Below, one piece after another: positions 37,001 to 51,614 of a DNA stretch of 64,000 nucleotides (positions within the stretch are counted from its first letter, which is position 1; every line of letters starts with the position of its first letter). The position numbers and the translations under genes are program-made. The DNA comes from Paraspadella gotoi (lineage: Eukaryota; Animalia; Chaetognatha), in NCBI GenBank assembly GCA_051294375.1, contig JBJCIZ010000358.1, forward strand, positions 18,146-82,145. The letters run 5' to 3'. The notes below the pieces were generated by a model, which was not told the origin of the DNA, did no database searches, and worked only from the letters and a program-made list of their open reading frames with translations.

Positions 37001-39778
37001 AGTCATAGCTCACGGTTGGTCTGTAGCATTGTATACTTGAATACATCATCGGGAGGACTGACGATTAACACACGTATGAAATGTTATCAGACGGTTACAC
37101 GAGATGTAGGAAATCAGTAACATAAATACAACTATAAATATAAATTTTTTTCAGAACCAATTATACTTACATAGCTTAATGACAGTAAGCTCTTAAATAC
37201 TTAGATATATAATTAGTGGTTTAAGAACATCATGGCATATCATCTACTACTCAGCTAAATACCTTGACAAGATTGCATGATGTAAGAAATAAATGATTAA
37301 AAACTACAAACATGTAATTAACTATTTGTATTTTCCTAATAACAAATCTTCTAATAAAGGTTGAGATGTAATATATAATTTTCTTTAAATTTCTTTAATC
37401 ATTAATTTGGCATGTAAATCCTTTATGATCGGTAAAAATTTTCGTGTATAAACCTTATATAATAGGCATAATGCTACAGGGTCTTTTGTGGCTTACCCGA
37501 TAATATGACATCTATAACCCCATTTTTAGTTATAACCTGTTTTAGTACTTGTTGTCTGTCTTATACATAATTACCTTAAAAACATAGATTTATTGATGAT
37601 GAGACAAAATAATTGGTAAAATATGGAACTGAAATTAGTAGTCGCTTGATTAAATTTAATTCTTACATGGATCACACAACTAATATAAATAACGTCACTA
37701 TTACATTGTCATATGTGGGAGAACAAATAGTGCTTGTAGCTCGTGTTGACTCATTTTTCTTTAATTATCTTTGTGTAATATATTAAAACAATTCAAGATA
37801 TTGATCTTCGATACTATATACGCTGGAGTATATGTTATCTTTTGATAGAATCTTATCTGGATTTATAACAACTGAAAATTAAAAATACAGTAGAACCTTA
37901 TAGAAATCTATATTTTACCTTTAGTTATTAAAATGTATTCCTTTTTTATTAAGAGTGGCACTTTTATTTAAGAGGTAGTCTACGGCATCAATAGTGACAT
38001 AGTTATTTATCGTATAAAGATTTGTCAACTGAGGCACATCAAAAATAAGGTCAAATCCTATAGTTTATATGTCCATATATATTAAGTTAATATTCATATA
38101 TAAAATCAATTTTATGGTTAACAATTAATTTTAAAAATCTCAATATCTACATTTTTTTAACATTTTCTTGCGGGGAATGAGTACCTATATTTCAACCGTT
38201 GTAAGAGGAAAAAATTACTTTATGACATTTAAACTTCAGAAAGAAGTGATACTAAGTAACTTGTTGCGTACCTCACAACTTTTTTCTAGGAATCATTAAA
38301 CATTCTGTCACTTCACCTCCATTGCTCAATACTACTCACCATTCCTTTAATTTTAACTTTTTTAAACGAAAAAATATAACTATATTTTGATTAATAACTT
38401 TAACCAAAGTGGAGAAAGTGAGTGACAAGAGTGTGTCTTAAATTACAAGCTCTCGCGTCCTTTACTGATATCGTTTGACATATAGATGCTTTAAATTTTG
38501 AGTCTAATTTTGCAAAATTAGTACAAAAGCTTATCAAATTTTTCTCAAAAAAATTAATCTTAACCAACTTCAACTGCAATTTAAAAAAAACAACTGAGTT
38601 GCCGGACCAAATTTTTCGACTTAAGCCTAAAGCTTCTTGTCCAGACCAGCAAACCTTTCAGGTTTTTATCATATTCCAGAGATGCATCCGATCGTTAGCT
38701 CTACTAAAAAAGCTTGCGATACTAAATAATAATTTATCATTTAAAGAATATCAACTGTCAAATGTGCAACAAGTTATAAAAGAACGACAAGTTGGATACT
38801 AACAAGATTTAACTTTAATTAATTTAATGGGCTTAAAAAGATGTCTGGTTCCTTGTAAAATATTACTTTGCCAAGTTGAAAAAAATGTATATTCATGCAA
38901 GTTGAAAAAAATGATTGCAATGTTTGAAAAAAAATGATGCAAAGTTGAAAAAATGATGCATGAGAAAGTGCATCAAGGTTGAAAAAATATGCAAGTTGAA
39001 AAAAATTGATGCAAGTGAAAAAAATGATTGCAAGTTGAAAAAATGATTGCAGTTGAAAAAATATAAGTTTGAAAATATTGCAAGTTGAAAAAATTGATGC
39101 AAGTTGGAAAAAATGATGCCAAGTTGAAAAAAATGATTCAAGTTGAAAAAAGTAGCACAGTTGAAAAAATGATGCCAAGGTTGGAAAAAAGATGCAGTTG
39201 AAAAATGCTGAAGAAAAAATGATGCAAGTTGAAAAAATGATTGCAAGTTTGAAAAAATTGATGCAAAGCTTGAAAAAAATGATGCAAGTTGAAAAAATGA
39301 TGCAAGCTTGAAAAAATGCATGCAAGTTGAAAAAAATGATGCAAGTTGAAAAAAAATGATGCAAGTGAAAAAATGATGCAAGTTGAAAAAAAATGAATGC
39401 AAGTTTGAAAAATGATGCAAGTTTGAAAAAAATCTGTGCAAGTTTGAAAAAACTTAAAAGCAATCGTCGCAATTGCATAAAAGAGAGAGAGAGAGAGAGA
39501 GGATAGAGAGAGAGAGACATAAAAATAAAATGAGAGGATATTTGTTTTGTTTTTTGATTAAAATGTAAACAAAACATAATTTAAAAAACTGTTCCTGACC
39601 CAATTTTAAGGAACATGATGCATGATATATTAAGTCTGAATATTAATTTTAATTAATTATTAAATATTTAAATAATTAATTACTTAATCGTATTAATTAA
39701 TTAATTTAATTACTTAATCGATAAATTAATTAATTAATTATCGTAGGCAGATCTCGACATGTTTGCTCAAACTTGTTT
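34003..39778 (+). mobile_element. HINE/DINE-like element with a ~4 kb unrelated internal insert
   Basis: 5' palindrome at 34011, core to about 34670, minisatellite 38870-39450, 3' end at 39778. Pairing these two ends into one element is an inference. Confidence 0.55.
38870..39450 (+). repeat. 18-19 bp minisatellite (GTTGAAAAAATGATGCAA)n
   Basis: About 30 tandem units; accounts for the spurious Phe/Gln/Leu-rich ORFs here. Confidence 0.95.
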
Positions 39779-39789
39779 AATTAGTAAAT

Positions 39790-40470
39790 ATTTTTTCAGG
39801 CGCCTGCCTTTTCTGAATCGTTAAAAACGAGTTCAGTCTCTCTCAGTTCTCTTCTCCAGTCTCACGTCTCATTCTGTTCTCCTCGGTCGTCTGTCTCTTC
39901 CTTATTGTAGGCGCTCTACTTGTCTCTCTCTTCGTTACGATTCTTGCGTGATCGTTCGTTTTTTGAAAAATTCTGATTATTTTTTTCTTTCTAAAAAAAA
40001 ATATATATTTGATCAGGCGCCGTGCCTTTTCTGAATTCAGGCTCTCTCTCTCTCCTCTCCGTTCTCCTCCTCTCTCTCTCTCTCTTTTCTCTTTTTTTTT
40101 TACAAAAAAAAAAATTATCACTTTTTTTCGCCACCCTCACAAGGCGACGAGTAAACGAGTTCCGGTCTCTCTCTCTCTCTATTCTCTCTCTATCTCTTTT
40201 TTTTTTACCAAAAATAATTTTTTAGTCACTTTTTTTTTCACCACCGTTACTAGGCGACAAGTAAACGATAAACGAGTTCCGGCTCTCTCTCAATCTCTAA
40301 TCTATCTTTCTCTCCTCTCTCTCTATCTTTTTTTTTACAATTTTTTTTTCACCACCGTTACTAGGCGACGATGTAAACGAGTTCCGGCTCTGCCAGCGTC
40401 CGTTCAGCTTCTTTCTCTTTTTCTCTCTCTCTCTTCTCGTTACGATTGTTCGTTTTTTTGAAAAAAATTC
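39790..40470 (+). repeat. Degenerate ~110 bp tandem units with CT tracts (CCACCGTTACTAGGCGAC...AAACGAGTTCCGG)
   Basis: Three to four reiterations visible, interspersed with (CT)n and T runs. Confidence 0.7.
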
Positions 40471-41249
40471 TTATTTATTTCTTAATATTCTCTTTCTTAC
40501 TAAAAACTTTTATTATCGCCATTTATTTTTTTTCTCAATACAATCAATATCATCTTCACTCATTCATTTCATAATATGCAAAAATGAGGTTTTAAAACCT
40601 CATTTTAACTAGCATGAACAAAAAAGACTATAGTCTTTTTCAACTGAAAAAAAAAAAAAAGTTAATTGATGCTTAACGACACCTCTAATAAAACAATTTT
40701 ATTTTTATCACGCACTTTTTTTTTAATACAAAATCGCCAATTTTATTTCCGAGATTTTGTGATATTTTAATTTATATTCCTTCTAAAAAACTTTTATTAA
40801 TATTTTATGATATTCTCTCCTATATATCTCTTCAAATCAACTCCGTGTTCGTTTACTCTACTTTTTAACTCATCTTCTCTACTCTCTCTCTCTCTCCTCT
40901 CTCTCTCTTCTTCTATTTCTCGTCTCTTTCTCAAATTAAACTCATCGCCGTCATATGATTATGACTATCATCGCATCAATGAATGATTATCATCAGATCA
41001 TATGAAAGTATACTATCATCACATCCAATGAATGATTATCATCGCATCCATCATTTGGTTATCATCGCATCAATCCTCTTCGGTTATCATCGCATATATC
41101 TTGGTTATCTATCGCATTGCAATATTTTGGTTATCATCAAAAGCAGGCTCGATCCCTATTGCTTTTTAAGATTTTTTTATTTATGATTACTAATAAATGT
41201 TTTAATTAATTAATTAAATTTAATATGTGAAAAATGGAAACAATTTAAA

Positions 41250-41666
41250 AAAATGTGCGATGCGAGTTGAAAAAATGATGCGAGCTTGAAAAAATGATGC
41301 GAGTTGAAAAATGTAGATGGATTTGAAAACATGGTGCGAGTTGAAAAAATGATGCGAGTTGAAAAAATGATGCGAGTTGAAAAAATTGATGCGATCGGTT
41401 GAAAAAATGATGCGAGTTGAAAAATTGATGCGAGTTGAAAAATGATGCGGAGTTGAAAAAAATGATGCGAGTTGAAAAAATGATGCGAGTTGAAAAATTG
41501 AATGCGAGTTGAAAAATGATGCGATTTGAAAAAATGATGCGAGTTGAAAAAAATGATGCGGAGTTGAAAAAAATTTTTTAAAAATATTGTGATTTATCAT
41601 CTGTTTAGCAGAATTACCGCTTAATTATTGTAGGCAGATCCGACATTGTTTGCTCAAACTTGTTTT
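41250..41666 (+). mobile_element. HINE 3' part: (GTTGAAAAAATGATGCGA)n minisatellite plus 3' terminus
   Basis: About 17 units, followed by TAATTATTGTAGGCAGATCCGACATTGTTTGCTCAAACTTGTT. Confidence 0.8.
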
Positions 41667-44390
41667 TTAATTATTTAATTTTTTAATTTGAAACATTAGA
41701 AGAGTTTTTTTTTTTTTTTTACAACGATTTATTTTATTTAATGGGACATGTTTCGACTCTTTTTTCCAGTCTTCATTTTGAAATTTCAACTTGCATCCTT
41801 AAACCCAAAGTGCTTTTAGACTTTGACCCTAAATTCTTCCTAACTGGAATTCTTTTATTAAAATATTTCTTTATTAGTTTTCTACAAATGTTTCTGAGAT
41901 TCCTAATTAAAATTTGAATAAAAAAAAGAAAGAAGAAGAAAAATTTCTAAATTAAAAAAAAAATTAAATTTTTATATCAAAATTCTTGCAGTTGTTTAGG
42001 CTGCAACTCTTAGGAGCCGACGTCGTTCTTAGAGATCGAGGAAGATATTTTCAATGGAGATTTTCGTTCAAATCTGACTTCCAAACAATATAAACGTTCC
42101 TGGGAAAAATTCCGGTAAAAAATTCATGTAAAAACACTTGATACCAATCCTGTTGTATCTGAAGGGCTCACATTTTTTTCTCTTGTCAAATCATCACCAT
42201 CTTGATATCAAACAAACCAGAACAAATAGACTGCTTTTGGACGGAAAAATTTTCCATCTCTGATTTTATATAGAAATGAAAGGGATATAAACGTGACTGA
42301 GGTATATTCCTGTTCAACAAATGATGTCAAATTCAGAAATCCTCTGGCAAAGTGTCTGAAGGGCTCTCAAAATTTTTTCATTCTATAGTAAAATAAGGTT
42401 TAAAAATTCTCTGAAGATGAGGAGTGCATTTCCCTGGCTTGTTTGATATCAAATCCTTTATCAAATGCGATAAAACAAATAGGACAAGATCTTCAGATGT
42501 AACGCTATCTAGGAAGCCGCTATAGAAAAAGACCCAGTGATTTTTTCTTATATTTTATATCGATAGAGTGGAATGACGGGAATATTGTAAATCTCACAAG
42601 TTTCGCTTTAATAGGCCTCACATTGTGGAGAAATCTGAGGAAACCCCTCAAAATTCCACCCTTTTTTCAACATTCTCGCCTTTTAAGATTTTCGCCGATT
42701 CTGACTTCCTCTTACAAACTTATAATTCCGCTGTTAATTTTTTTTCCTTAAACGAGCGAAGGGAATCCACAACTTTCTGTTAGTTCATGATTTCTGGGTA
42801 AAAAATATAATAAATTACATTAACATTGGGATATTGTGAAAGTGTAATATCTTATGAAGCCTGTGAGAGTTAAATAATTAAAAAATTCGCTTATTTTATT
42901 ATTGAAAAATAACATCAAAGTGAAGAAGTTGAATGTCTTCCGTCTCCTTTCTGTCAACATCCCTGTTCTCTTCAATNNNNNNNNNNNNNNNNNNNNNNNN
43001 NCGTCACTTACGCTCCACCCAGAGATAAAACCCCAATCTTGCCGAAGGGAAAATAAAAAGTAAAAAAACTATCCGCGTGACGTTCGAATAAATGGCAGAA
43101 AAAACCAATTCATTTGATTGTTAAGCTTAAATATAAAAAAAATTAATATACTCTGTCCTTTTGGCAAGATGCCAATCTATCAGAATGTGTAAGGACAAAA
43201 AATAATCAACATAGGTTAGTAGAACGATCAGTCTAAGATGAAGCCAAAAAAACAGTAAAACCAGTCCACTTTAGGTTCATTTCTTTTATGTCAAAATGAC
43301 CGAATTTTTCTCTCGCTCCACCCGGCAAGGGCTTCCCAAGACGCCACGCTTTCAATATGCCCATTTTTATACTATTTATTACGGGCATGCCGTTCGAATC
43401 GAAGCAAGACCATAAAAAAAGCCGAAATTCTTGGAAACCTGATCCTCCCTCTCGCGAAACTCGTGATCTTGCTACATATCATGTTACAAGAAATACATAT
43501 ACTGCGGCGCAACACATTTGAATTACCATTCTTGTTTTTTAATCATTAAATTACAAAAGTATAAAGTTAAATCAGTAAGTAGGAGTCTACGTCGTCTTAG
43601 AGATCGCAGGAAGACTTTTTTCAATGGAGATTTTCGTTCAAATCTGACTACCAAACAATATAAACGCTCCTGGTAAAAATTCTGGTAAAATATCGATGTA
43701 AAAACACTTGTTCCGATCCTGTTGCATCTGAAGGGCTCGCATTTTTTTTCTCTTGTCAAATCATCAACATCTTGATATCAAACAAGCCAGAACAAATAGA
43801 CTGCTTCTGGATGGAAAAATTTTCCATCTCTGATTTTATATAGAAATGAAAGGGATTTTATTTCTTGAAAACGATATAAACGTGACTGATGTATGTTCCT
43901 TAGGACTAAGCTCTGACGAACAAAGCCAGAGGTTTTTTTAATATATTCTTATACCGCGCCAAGGTAGAATGATGGCAATATTGTTAATATTAAGTTTCAA
44001 AAAAATCCTACCATAAATATAGAAATAATTAACCAAAATATTCGGAAAATTGACCCTTTCATTGGAAGATTTTCTCCATAGAAGATTTTTCCCGAATCTG
44101 ACGCCCGGTTGAAACTCTTAGAATTCCGATCATTAGCTCCCTATTTTACTTTTACTTTAATAATTTCACTCAAAATTTGATCTATTCACCTTCCCATGAT
44201 CGTATCATATCAAAATAACTAAATAAAATGTATAAACAATTAAAATTTCTAATAGTAAAAAATAAGGTTTTAAAATTCTCTGAAGATGAGGAGTGGCATT
44301 TCCCTGGCGCGTGTTTTGATATCAAATCCTTCTATCAAATGCGGATAAAACCAAATTTTAGGACAAGCATCTTCAGACTGTAACGCTATC

Positions 44391-45912
44391 TAGGAAGCCG
44401 CTGATAGAAAAAGAAGCCAGTGGACTTTTTTCTTATATTTTTATAGTCGATAGCCATGTGGGAATTGCACCGGGAATATTGGGTTAAATCTCACAAGTTT
44501 CGCTTTAATACGGCACCTCACATTGTTGGAGAAATCTGCAGGAAACCCTCAAAATGTCCACCCCTTTTTCTTCACATTCTCGCCCTTTTAAGCATTTTCG
44601 CCGATTCTGACTTCCTCTTACAAACTCCTATAATTCCGCCCTTGTTAATTTTTTTTCCTTAAACGAAGCGAAGGGAATCAACAACTTTCTGTTAGCTTCA
44701 TGAGTTTCTGCGTTAAAAAATATAATAAATTACATTAACATTGGGATATGCTGAAAGTCTGTAATATCTTATGGAAGCCCTGCCCTGAGCATGTTAAATA
44801 ATAAAAAATTCGCTTATTTATTATTGAAAATAAACATCAAAAGTGAAGAAGTTGAATGTCTTCCGGTCTCCTTCTCTGTCAACATCCCTGCTTTCTCTTC
44901 GAATAAGATAATGTTACTTTTTGCTGCGTGCGAAAAGAAGGAATAAAAATACTTAGTTTCTGTGATGGCGATAAATAATATTTTGTAGACATTTCTGCTA
45001 CAGCATTGCTTGCTAAAATCAGACAAGCAATTATTAAGTGACAAAAAAAGTTTACATTTTCTTTATCTAAAAACTTTTAAGTTTTACTAGAGTTACAATT
45101 CCTAGCTTTTTCTTTCAGACATCATAAGAGAATTTAATTTTCATTTACTTCTTATGGAGGGTCATTAGTTTTTAAAATTAATTGTAATTTTTGACTTACG
45201 TCTTGACACTCTCCCTGTAAGAGATTTAACCAAAATAACTCTAAAAATTGTATCTTTGGTATAGTGCCCTATGATGATATGGCATTAATTTTGGTACTCA
45301 TTGCCATCCCTTTATCTTCTGTTTCCCCATTCATAAAGATTATTAGGAAAATAAGTTTTTTCTCTCAACTTTCCTTTAATTTCTTTTTAAATAAAAAATT
45401 TCACCGATTGAAACTGGACCAATTTCCACTTCACATGTTAGTTTAACTTATGAAAAAATTGCGTCAATAATTAAAAAGAAAAATAGAAACGCAGGCTCTA
45501 GGGACACCAAGCTTTTTGCGAATCTCATAATTCGAAGTACCATTTTATAATGCTAACATGACCCTAAGTCCCGTTTTGTAATTTTAAAAAAAGTGAAATG
45601 TTCCCTGTTCATTTCTATTAGATAATAAAAATTATTATATTATAAAAATGAGGCTATTGCAAATCCTCCGGAGACGAGTAGTCCATTTCCCCTGGCTTGT
45701 TTGATAATAAACCTTATTCAAATTCCACAAGAAGAAAGGAACGAGCTCTTGAATGCACAAAGCTGCTTCGAATCGGGGCCGTTGTTTTTACAAAGCTGTT
45801 TTCTAACCGGGAATTTCTTGCAGGGCTCGTTTTGTAAGGTTGGCCAGTCAGATTCGAACCAAATCTCTATTAGAAAAATGTTGAAATTTTTTTTAAGCAA
45901 GATTTTCGCCTA
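44391..45912 (+). mobile_element. Family A hATw-like element nested in another family A copy, 7-bp TSD CGCTATC
   Basis: cgctatc|TAGGAAGCCGC...GATTTTCGCCTA|cgctatc. The target corresponds to the family's own internal ATAACGCTATCGG site. The sequence here is indel-rich. The same left junction recurs near 42509 and 47838. Confidence 0.75.
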
Positions 45913-48330
45913 CGCTATCGGAAGTCCTTCGCTTTTTACCACTTATTCTACCGGATTTTGGGCAATCGCGTTTGCCAATTTGAGTATTCAGATTTGAACG
46001 GAACTCTCTATTAGAAAAATGTTTAATTCTTTTTTAAATCGACGATTCTCGTCTAGTTGTAGGACTAAGCTCTGATTGAAAAAAGCCAGAGGTTTTTTTA
46101 ATACTATTCTTATACCCGCCAATGTAGAATGATGGCAATATTGCTATTGTTAAGTTTCCGACGCATAATATAGAAATATAATCAAATTCTCTTGGAAAAT
46201 CCACCCCTTCTTTGGAAGATTTTTCGCCATAGAAGATTTTTTCCCGAATCTGACTACCGCGTTGAAAACTCTTAGAATTCCGATCGTTAGCTCCTCTTTT
46301 ACTTTTACTTTAAATAAAAATTTCACCAAAATGGACTAATTCACTTTACCATGATCGTATCATATCAAAATAAAACAAATAAAATGTAGAGAGAAATGAA
46401 AGGGAAAGTTTACAAACTTAAAATTGCAAACTGGATTGCTCTGTTCCTGTTACATGAGCGACTTCGAATTTCGCGATTTTATAATGATTTTGACATAAAA
46501 TGATCAGGTTTAAATGAAATAGTCCGGTTTGAATCGCGAAATTTTTATTTAAAAAGAAATTAAAAGGAAGGTTGAGCAAAAAAACTGATTTTTCCTAATA
46601 TCTTTTGAAGGAATAAAGATAAAGGGATGGTAATAGTACCAAAATGAAGCCATAATCACAGGCCACATACAAGATACAATTTTAGAATTACTTATGCTGA
46701 AACCTCCTTACAGGGTGAGTGTCAAACTAAGTCAAAATTATAATGAATTTTAAAACTAATGACACCCCATAAGAATAAATGAAAATTAAATTCTTTTTAA
46801 TGATTCTGAAAGAAAAAAGGCTAAATTGTACTCTCGTAAAACTATAAAGTTTTTTGGATAAAGAAAATGTGAATTTTTTGTCACAAGCATGCTTACAAAA
46901 TTCTACAAAATATTATTTACCTCATCAGAGCCTAGGTATTTATCATTCTTTTCCACCAGCAAAAAATAAACATTATCTCCTTTTTTTATGATTTCTGGGT
47001 AAAAATATAATAAAATACATTAACTTTGGGATATTATGAAGTGTAATATCTTATGAAGCCTGTGAGAGTTAAATAATTAAAAAAATTGCTCATTATTATT
47101 GAAAAAATAACATCAAAGAAAGAAGTTGAATGTCTTCTGAGATAATGTTTATTTTTTGCTGGTGGAAAAGAATGATAAATACCTAGGCTCTGATGAGGTA
47201 AATAATATTTTGTAATTTTGTAAGCAATGTTGAACAAAAAATTCACATTTTCTTTATCCAAAAAAATTTAGTTTTACGAGTACAATTTAGCCTTTTTTCT
47301 CATAATCAATAAAAAGAATTTAATTTTCATTTATTCTTATGGGGTGTCATTAGTTTTAAAATCATTATAATTTTGACTTAGTTTGACACTCACCCTGTAA
47401 GGAGGTTTCAGCATAAGTAATCTAAATTGTATCTTGTATGTGGCCTGTGATTATGGCTTCATTTTGGTACTATTACCATCCCTTTATCTTATTCCTTCAA
47501 AAGATATTAGAAAAATCAGTTTTTTTGCTCAACCTTCCTTTAATTTCTTTTTTAAATAAAAATTTCGCGATTCAAACCGGACTATTTCATTTAAACCTGA
47601 TCATTTATGTCAAAATCATTATAAAAATCGCGAAATTCGAAGTCCGCTCATGTAACAGGAACAGAGCAATCCAGTTGCAATTTTAAGTTTGTAAACTTTC
47701 CCTTTCATTTCTATAGTAAAAATAAGGTTTAAAAATTCTCTGAAGATGAGGAGTGCATTTCCCCTGGCTTGTTTGATATCAAATCCTTTATCAAATGCGA
47801 TAAAACAATAGGACAAGATCTTCAGATGTAACGCTATCTAGGAAGCCGCTATAGAAAAAGACCCCAGTGACTTTTTTCTTATATTTTATATCGATAGAGT
47901 GGAATGACGAGGATATTGTAAATCTCACAGTTTCGCTTTAATAGGCGCTCACATTGTGGAGAAATCTGAGAAACCCCTCAAAATTCCACGCCTTTTTTCC
48001 AACATTCTCGCCTTTTAAGATTTTCCCGACTTCTGACTTCCTCTTACAAACTTAAATTCCGCTGTTAATTTTTTTTTCCCTCTAAACGAGCGAAGGGAAT
48101 CCACAACTTTCTGTTAGTTCATGATTTCTGGGTAAAAAATATAATAAATTACATTAACATTGGGATATTGTGAAGTGGTAATATCTATATGAGCCTGTGA
48201 GAGTTAAATAATTAAAATTCGCTTATTTTATATTGAAAAATAACATCAAAGTGAAGAAGTTGAATGTCTCCGTCTCCTTTCTGTCAACATCCTGTTCTCT
48301 TCAATNNNNNNNNNNNNNNNNNNNNNNNNN

Positions 48331-50590
48331 CTGATTCGATGATCCCATTTCGCCTCAGAGGGATTTCCAGTACGTTCCTCGCCGCTCTCACCGGTCCACG
48401 CGGCCGTCCTCGTCTCTTTCGGCGATACAACAGGATTTGCCGTTCTCCTCGTCGACGCAGCGGGTGGATGGGCTAGCCATCTCGCGGCTTGAGCGCGTCC
48501 TGCTTGTTCTTGTACCCCAGGTGCGTTATTGGGTTTTTGCCATGTAAGCAACTTGCAACCTTTTGTTTTCGCTGGTGCCACTACCCACATCTCCTCCGCT
48601 GGGCTGGATTCCGTGTTGGTGCGGGCCGATTATTATATCCTTGTCCTGCTCGTCTGGCGAGACGAAAAAACTGTGTCTAGGACCAGTTCCTGGACATTTA
48701 CTCTTCAGATTTAGTCTGTCTTTTATGACACGACGCCATTTCCGGTTGTGACTCGGACGGTGGTTCCTGCATTAATCTTTCTGTGTGGCGACCACTCGTC
48801 CGACGAATCTTTCTCGGGATCGTGTTGATTGAGCGCCGGTGTCGTAGAGGAAACTTGCAGGCGCGCCGCCTCACTACGGCTGGTATGTAACTGTTTCCCG
48901 AACGGCGCGTCACAGGCCCTGCACGTGTCGTCGCGGGTTTCGGGCTGGATTTGTTCCGCCGGCATAGATCCCACCCCAATCTGGTCAGGTAGCGGCGGAG
49001 GGGGCGCTTGGTTCGCTTTTCTCGTTTTCGGCGTGCGGGTGCGGCAGTTCGAAGTTTTCTGGCTCGTGGCATTCGACTGCACCCTTCTGATTTCGTCGCC
49101 TGGTGCATTGACTCGCCTTCAGGTTCCGACCAGCGGTAAGTGGGTTATAGGACCCAGCCTCTCCCCGCGTTGTACTTGTCGTAAGCCTGTTCCACTTCTC
49201 TTCTTTGTGGCCTGTGCGCCACTTCGTTCCTTTCCTTCTTTGGTTTTTTCCCCCAATTTTTCCATGTTCTCCGTCTCCTTTCTCTGTCGGCTTCCTTATT
49301 CGCCCTCTGCCGGCAATAATTTTTCACAAATTCTGTAGCCTTTTGTTAATGCCTCTTTCTCTACGCCTTCCAGGTGTCGCCACTCCTGCTGTCTCCTTTA
49401 ACATCCGACACCGCGAGGATGCACCTATCTCTTGGCGTAGCGTTTAAACAAACTTTGCAGTCTGCCTGCGGCAGAATTTTCCTCTTAAATGAACACGCAT
49501 ATCGGTGAATTCTGTTTAGTCTTCTCGTGGGGCGGCTTGGTTGTATTCCCCGCATGTCCTTTATCCTTTTTTCACCTCCTGGGCTAGCTTTTTTGTTTCT
49601 GGCTCACTGCTCGTGGTCTTTCTTCCGAAAAAGATTTTGAATAGTTTTCGGTTTCTTATTTTTCACCATTCAAACAAACTTTTCTCCGTCACAAATCTTC
49701 AACATCTGCAAATCTCATGCGTTTTACATCCAAATTGTGCTATCTATTTTCGCGGAAACCGCCCCTTTCTCTCTCCCCATTTCCCCTGCCGCCTTTTTCG
49801 TCGCGCCGCGCCATCCTCGTTTCGCGGCGGAAGCCCTCGGTTCTCCAGTGTTTCTCCTCCTTCGTTGGTCGCGGCCGCGCCATCTTGCCGTCGTTGGTTT
49901 GGAGGCTGCGGCGGCGCCTTTCTTCACTCGTTACTGAACTTTACCAAGCTTTTCCAGCAACTCTCTTTGGTGTTGTTTCCTGTAGCATTGTCCCGCGTAG
50001 AGCGAGCGATTTGCGCTTTCTCCCGGTTTTTGTCCGAGAGTCCCTTTTTGCAGCAGTTGAGTCGGTGAGTATCTTGGACGGTCGTCCTCCTTCACCGCTG
50101 TTGAACGGTAAGTTGAGGCTTTTTTCGATTGGTTTGACCGCGTTACCATAACTTTTTCTTTTCTTTTTTTTTTTTTTTGAAAAGTTTTATTTCTTTTCAA
50201 AAGAGAAACGCAATTTGACTTCTGCCGTACGGTAGCGCTGCTGAATTTGTCGGAGGCGGTGGGGCTGACGGATCCTTGTCTGCACCACAATACGTGAAGA
50301 CTAAATGTGGTCAAAAATACAGAGTATTTATTACACAATAAAGAAGGTTAGAACGAGACATGAACACGTAGGACGATGGAGACAAAATGAATTCTACAGA
50401 CTTCTCTCTCCAAACTCAAGTCGACGATCCTCTCATTGGCTCACCAACTCTCCTTCAGTCTTATTCAGTTCGGTGAGCCCATGGGCTAATCTTCGATCTC
50501 CTCCTCTCTCCTGCTGCTCTCATCTGCCGCTCTCACTTGTGCTCCTCCGTCCCTCGCTCCCCGGCAGATCCTTTCAGTCCTCTTCGTTGA
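48331..50590 (-). mobile_element. Decayed LTR-retrotransposon 5' region (LTR, PBS-like TGGTG, gag-like)
   Basis: GC-rich block. The minus strand has an AATAAA-containing LTR-like segment (about 50590-50290), then TGGTGCAGAC, then broken basic/gag-like frames (e.g. EMASCHKRQTKSEE). Confidence 0.45.
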
Positions 50591-51614
50591 TGAACTACCA
50601 TCAGTGAACATAATTTTGGTAAAAAAAATTCATTTTATGTTTTTTTAATTTTTTGCAGTAGCTATATTTACATATGCAAAATTGCAGTAGAACCCAAAAT
50701 TATCAAAAACCGCTTCGTTCTTCGTATTTTTCTTAGCGCGGAGCGACATATCTAACCATTTTCTTCTTCTAAAGAAACGCGAATTATCCACAAATTGATA
50801 AAACTTAATAAATAACCAATATTATATTAAATTTTTTAAAAAATTCCCATCAAAAAAACCTCGAGAATGATGTTTTCAAAACAACGAGCCACCAAAAATC
50901 CTCTCTTTCGGAAACCGCGATTGCTCGTCGCAAGCTCATGGCTTTCGGATTTGGTTTAACGTAGCATTATGCTCAGTCGGTCCAATATAAAATGTTAATC
51001 GAAACAAAAGCCTTTGTTTTTCTTCGGATTTTTTTAAAAAAACACTTGAATTTTTCGTGCGCTCCACCCAGAGATAAAACCCCAACTTGCCGAAGGGAAA
51101 TAAAAAGTAAAATACTATCGCGTGACGTTCGAATAAATGGCAGAAAAACCAATTCATTTGATTGTTAAGCTTAAATATAAAAAAAATTAATATACTCTGT
51201 CTTTGGCAAGATGCCAATCTATCAGAATGTGTAACGACAAAAAATAATCAACATAGGTTAGTAGAACGATCAGTCTAAGATGAAGCAAAAAAACAGTAAA
51301 ACCAGTCCACTTTAGGTTCATTTCTTTATGTCAAAATGACCGAATTTTTCTCTCGCTCCACCGGCAAGGGCTTCCAAGACGCCACGCTTTCGAATATGCC
51401 CATTTTTATACTATTTATTACGGGCATGCCGTTCGAATCGAGCAAGACCATAAAAAAAGCTGAAATTCTTGGAAACCTGATCCTCCCTCTCGCGAAACTC
51501 GTGATCTTGCTACATATTGTTACAAGAAATACATATACTGCGGCGCAACACATTTGAATTACCATTCTTGTTTTTTAATCATTAAATTACAAAAGTATAA
51601 GTTAAATCAGTAAG

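Noticed and set aside
38819-39577. Long minus-strand ORFs (252 and 182 aa) and CRISPR-like periodicity
   Set aside because: Head-to-tail 18-19 bp minisatellite with no unique spacers; the ORFs are by-products of the repeat.
41740-41785. Third hammerhead-like motif (minus strand ...ATGAAGACT...AGTCGAAACATGTC)
   Set aside because: The CUGA of the catalytic core is missing; truncated or dead copy.
43901-43940. CTGACGA in the family B terminus as a hammerhead core
   Set aside because: No stem II followed by GAAA; it is simply transposon end sequence.
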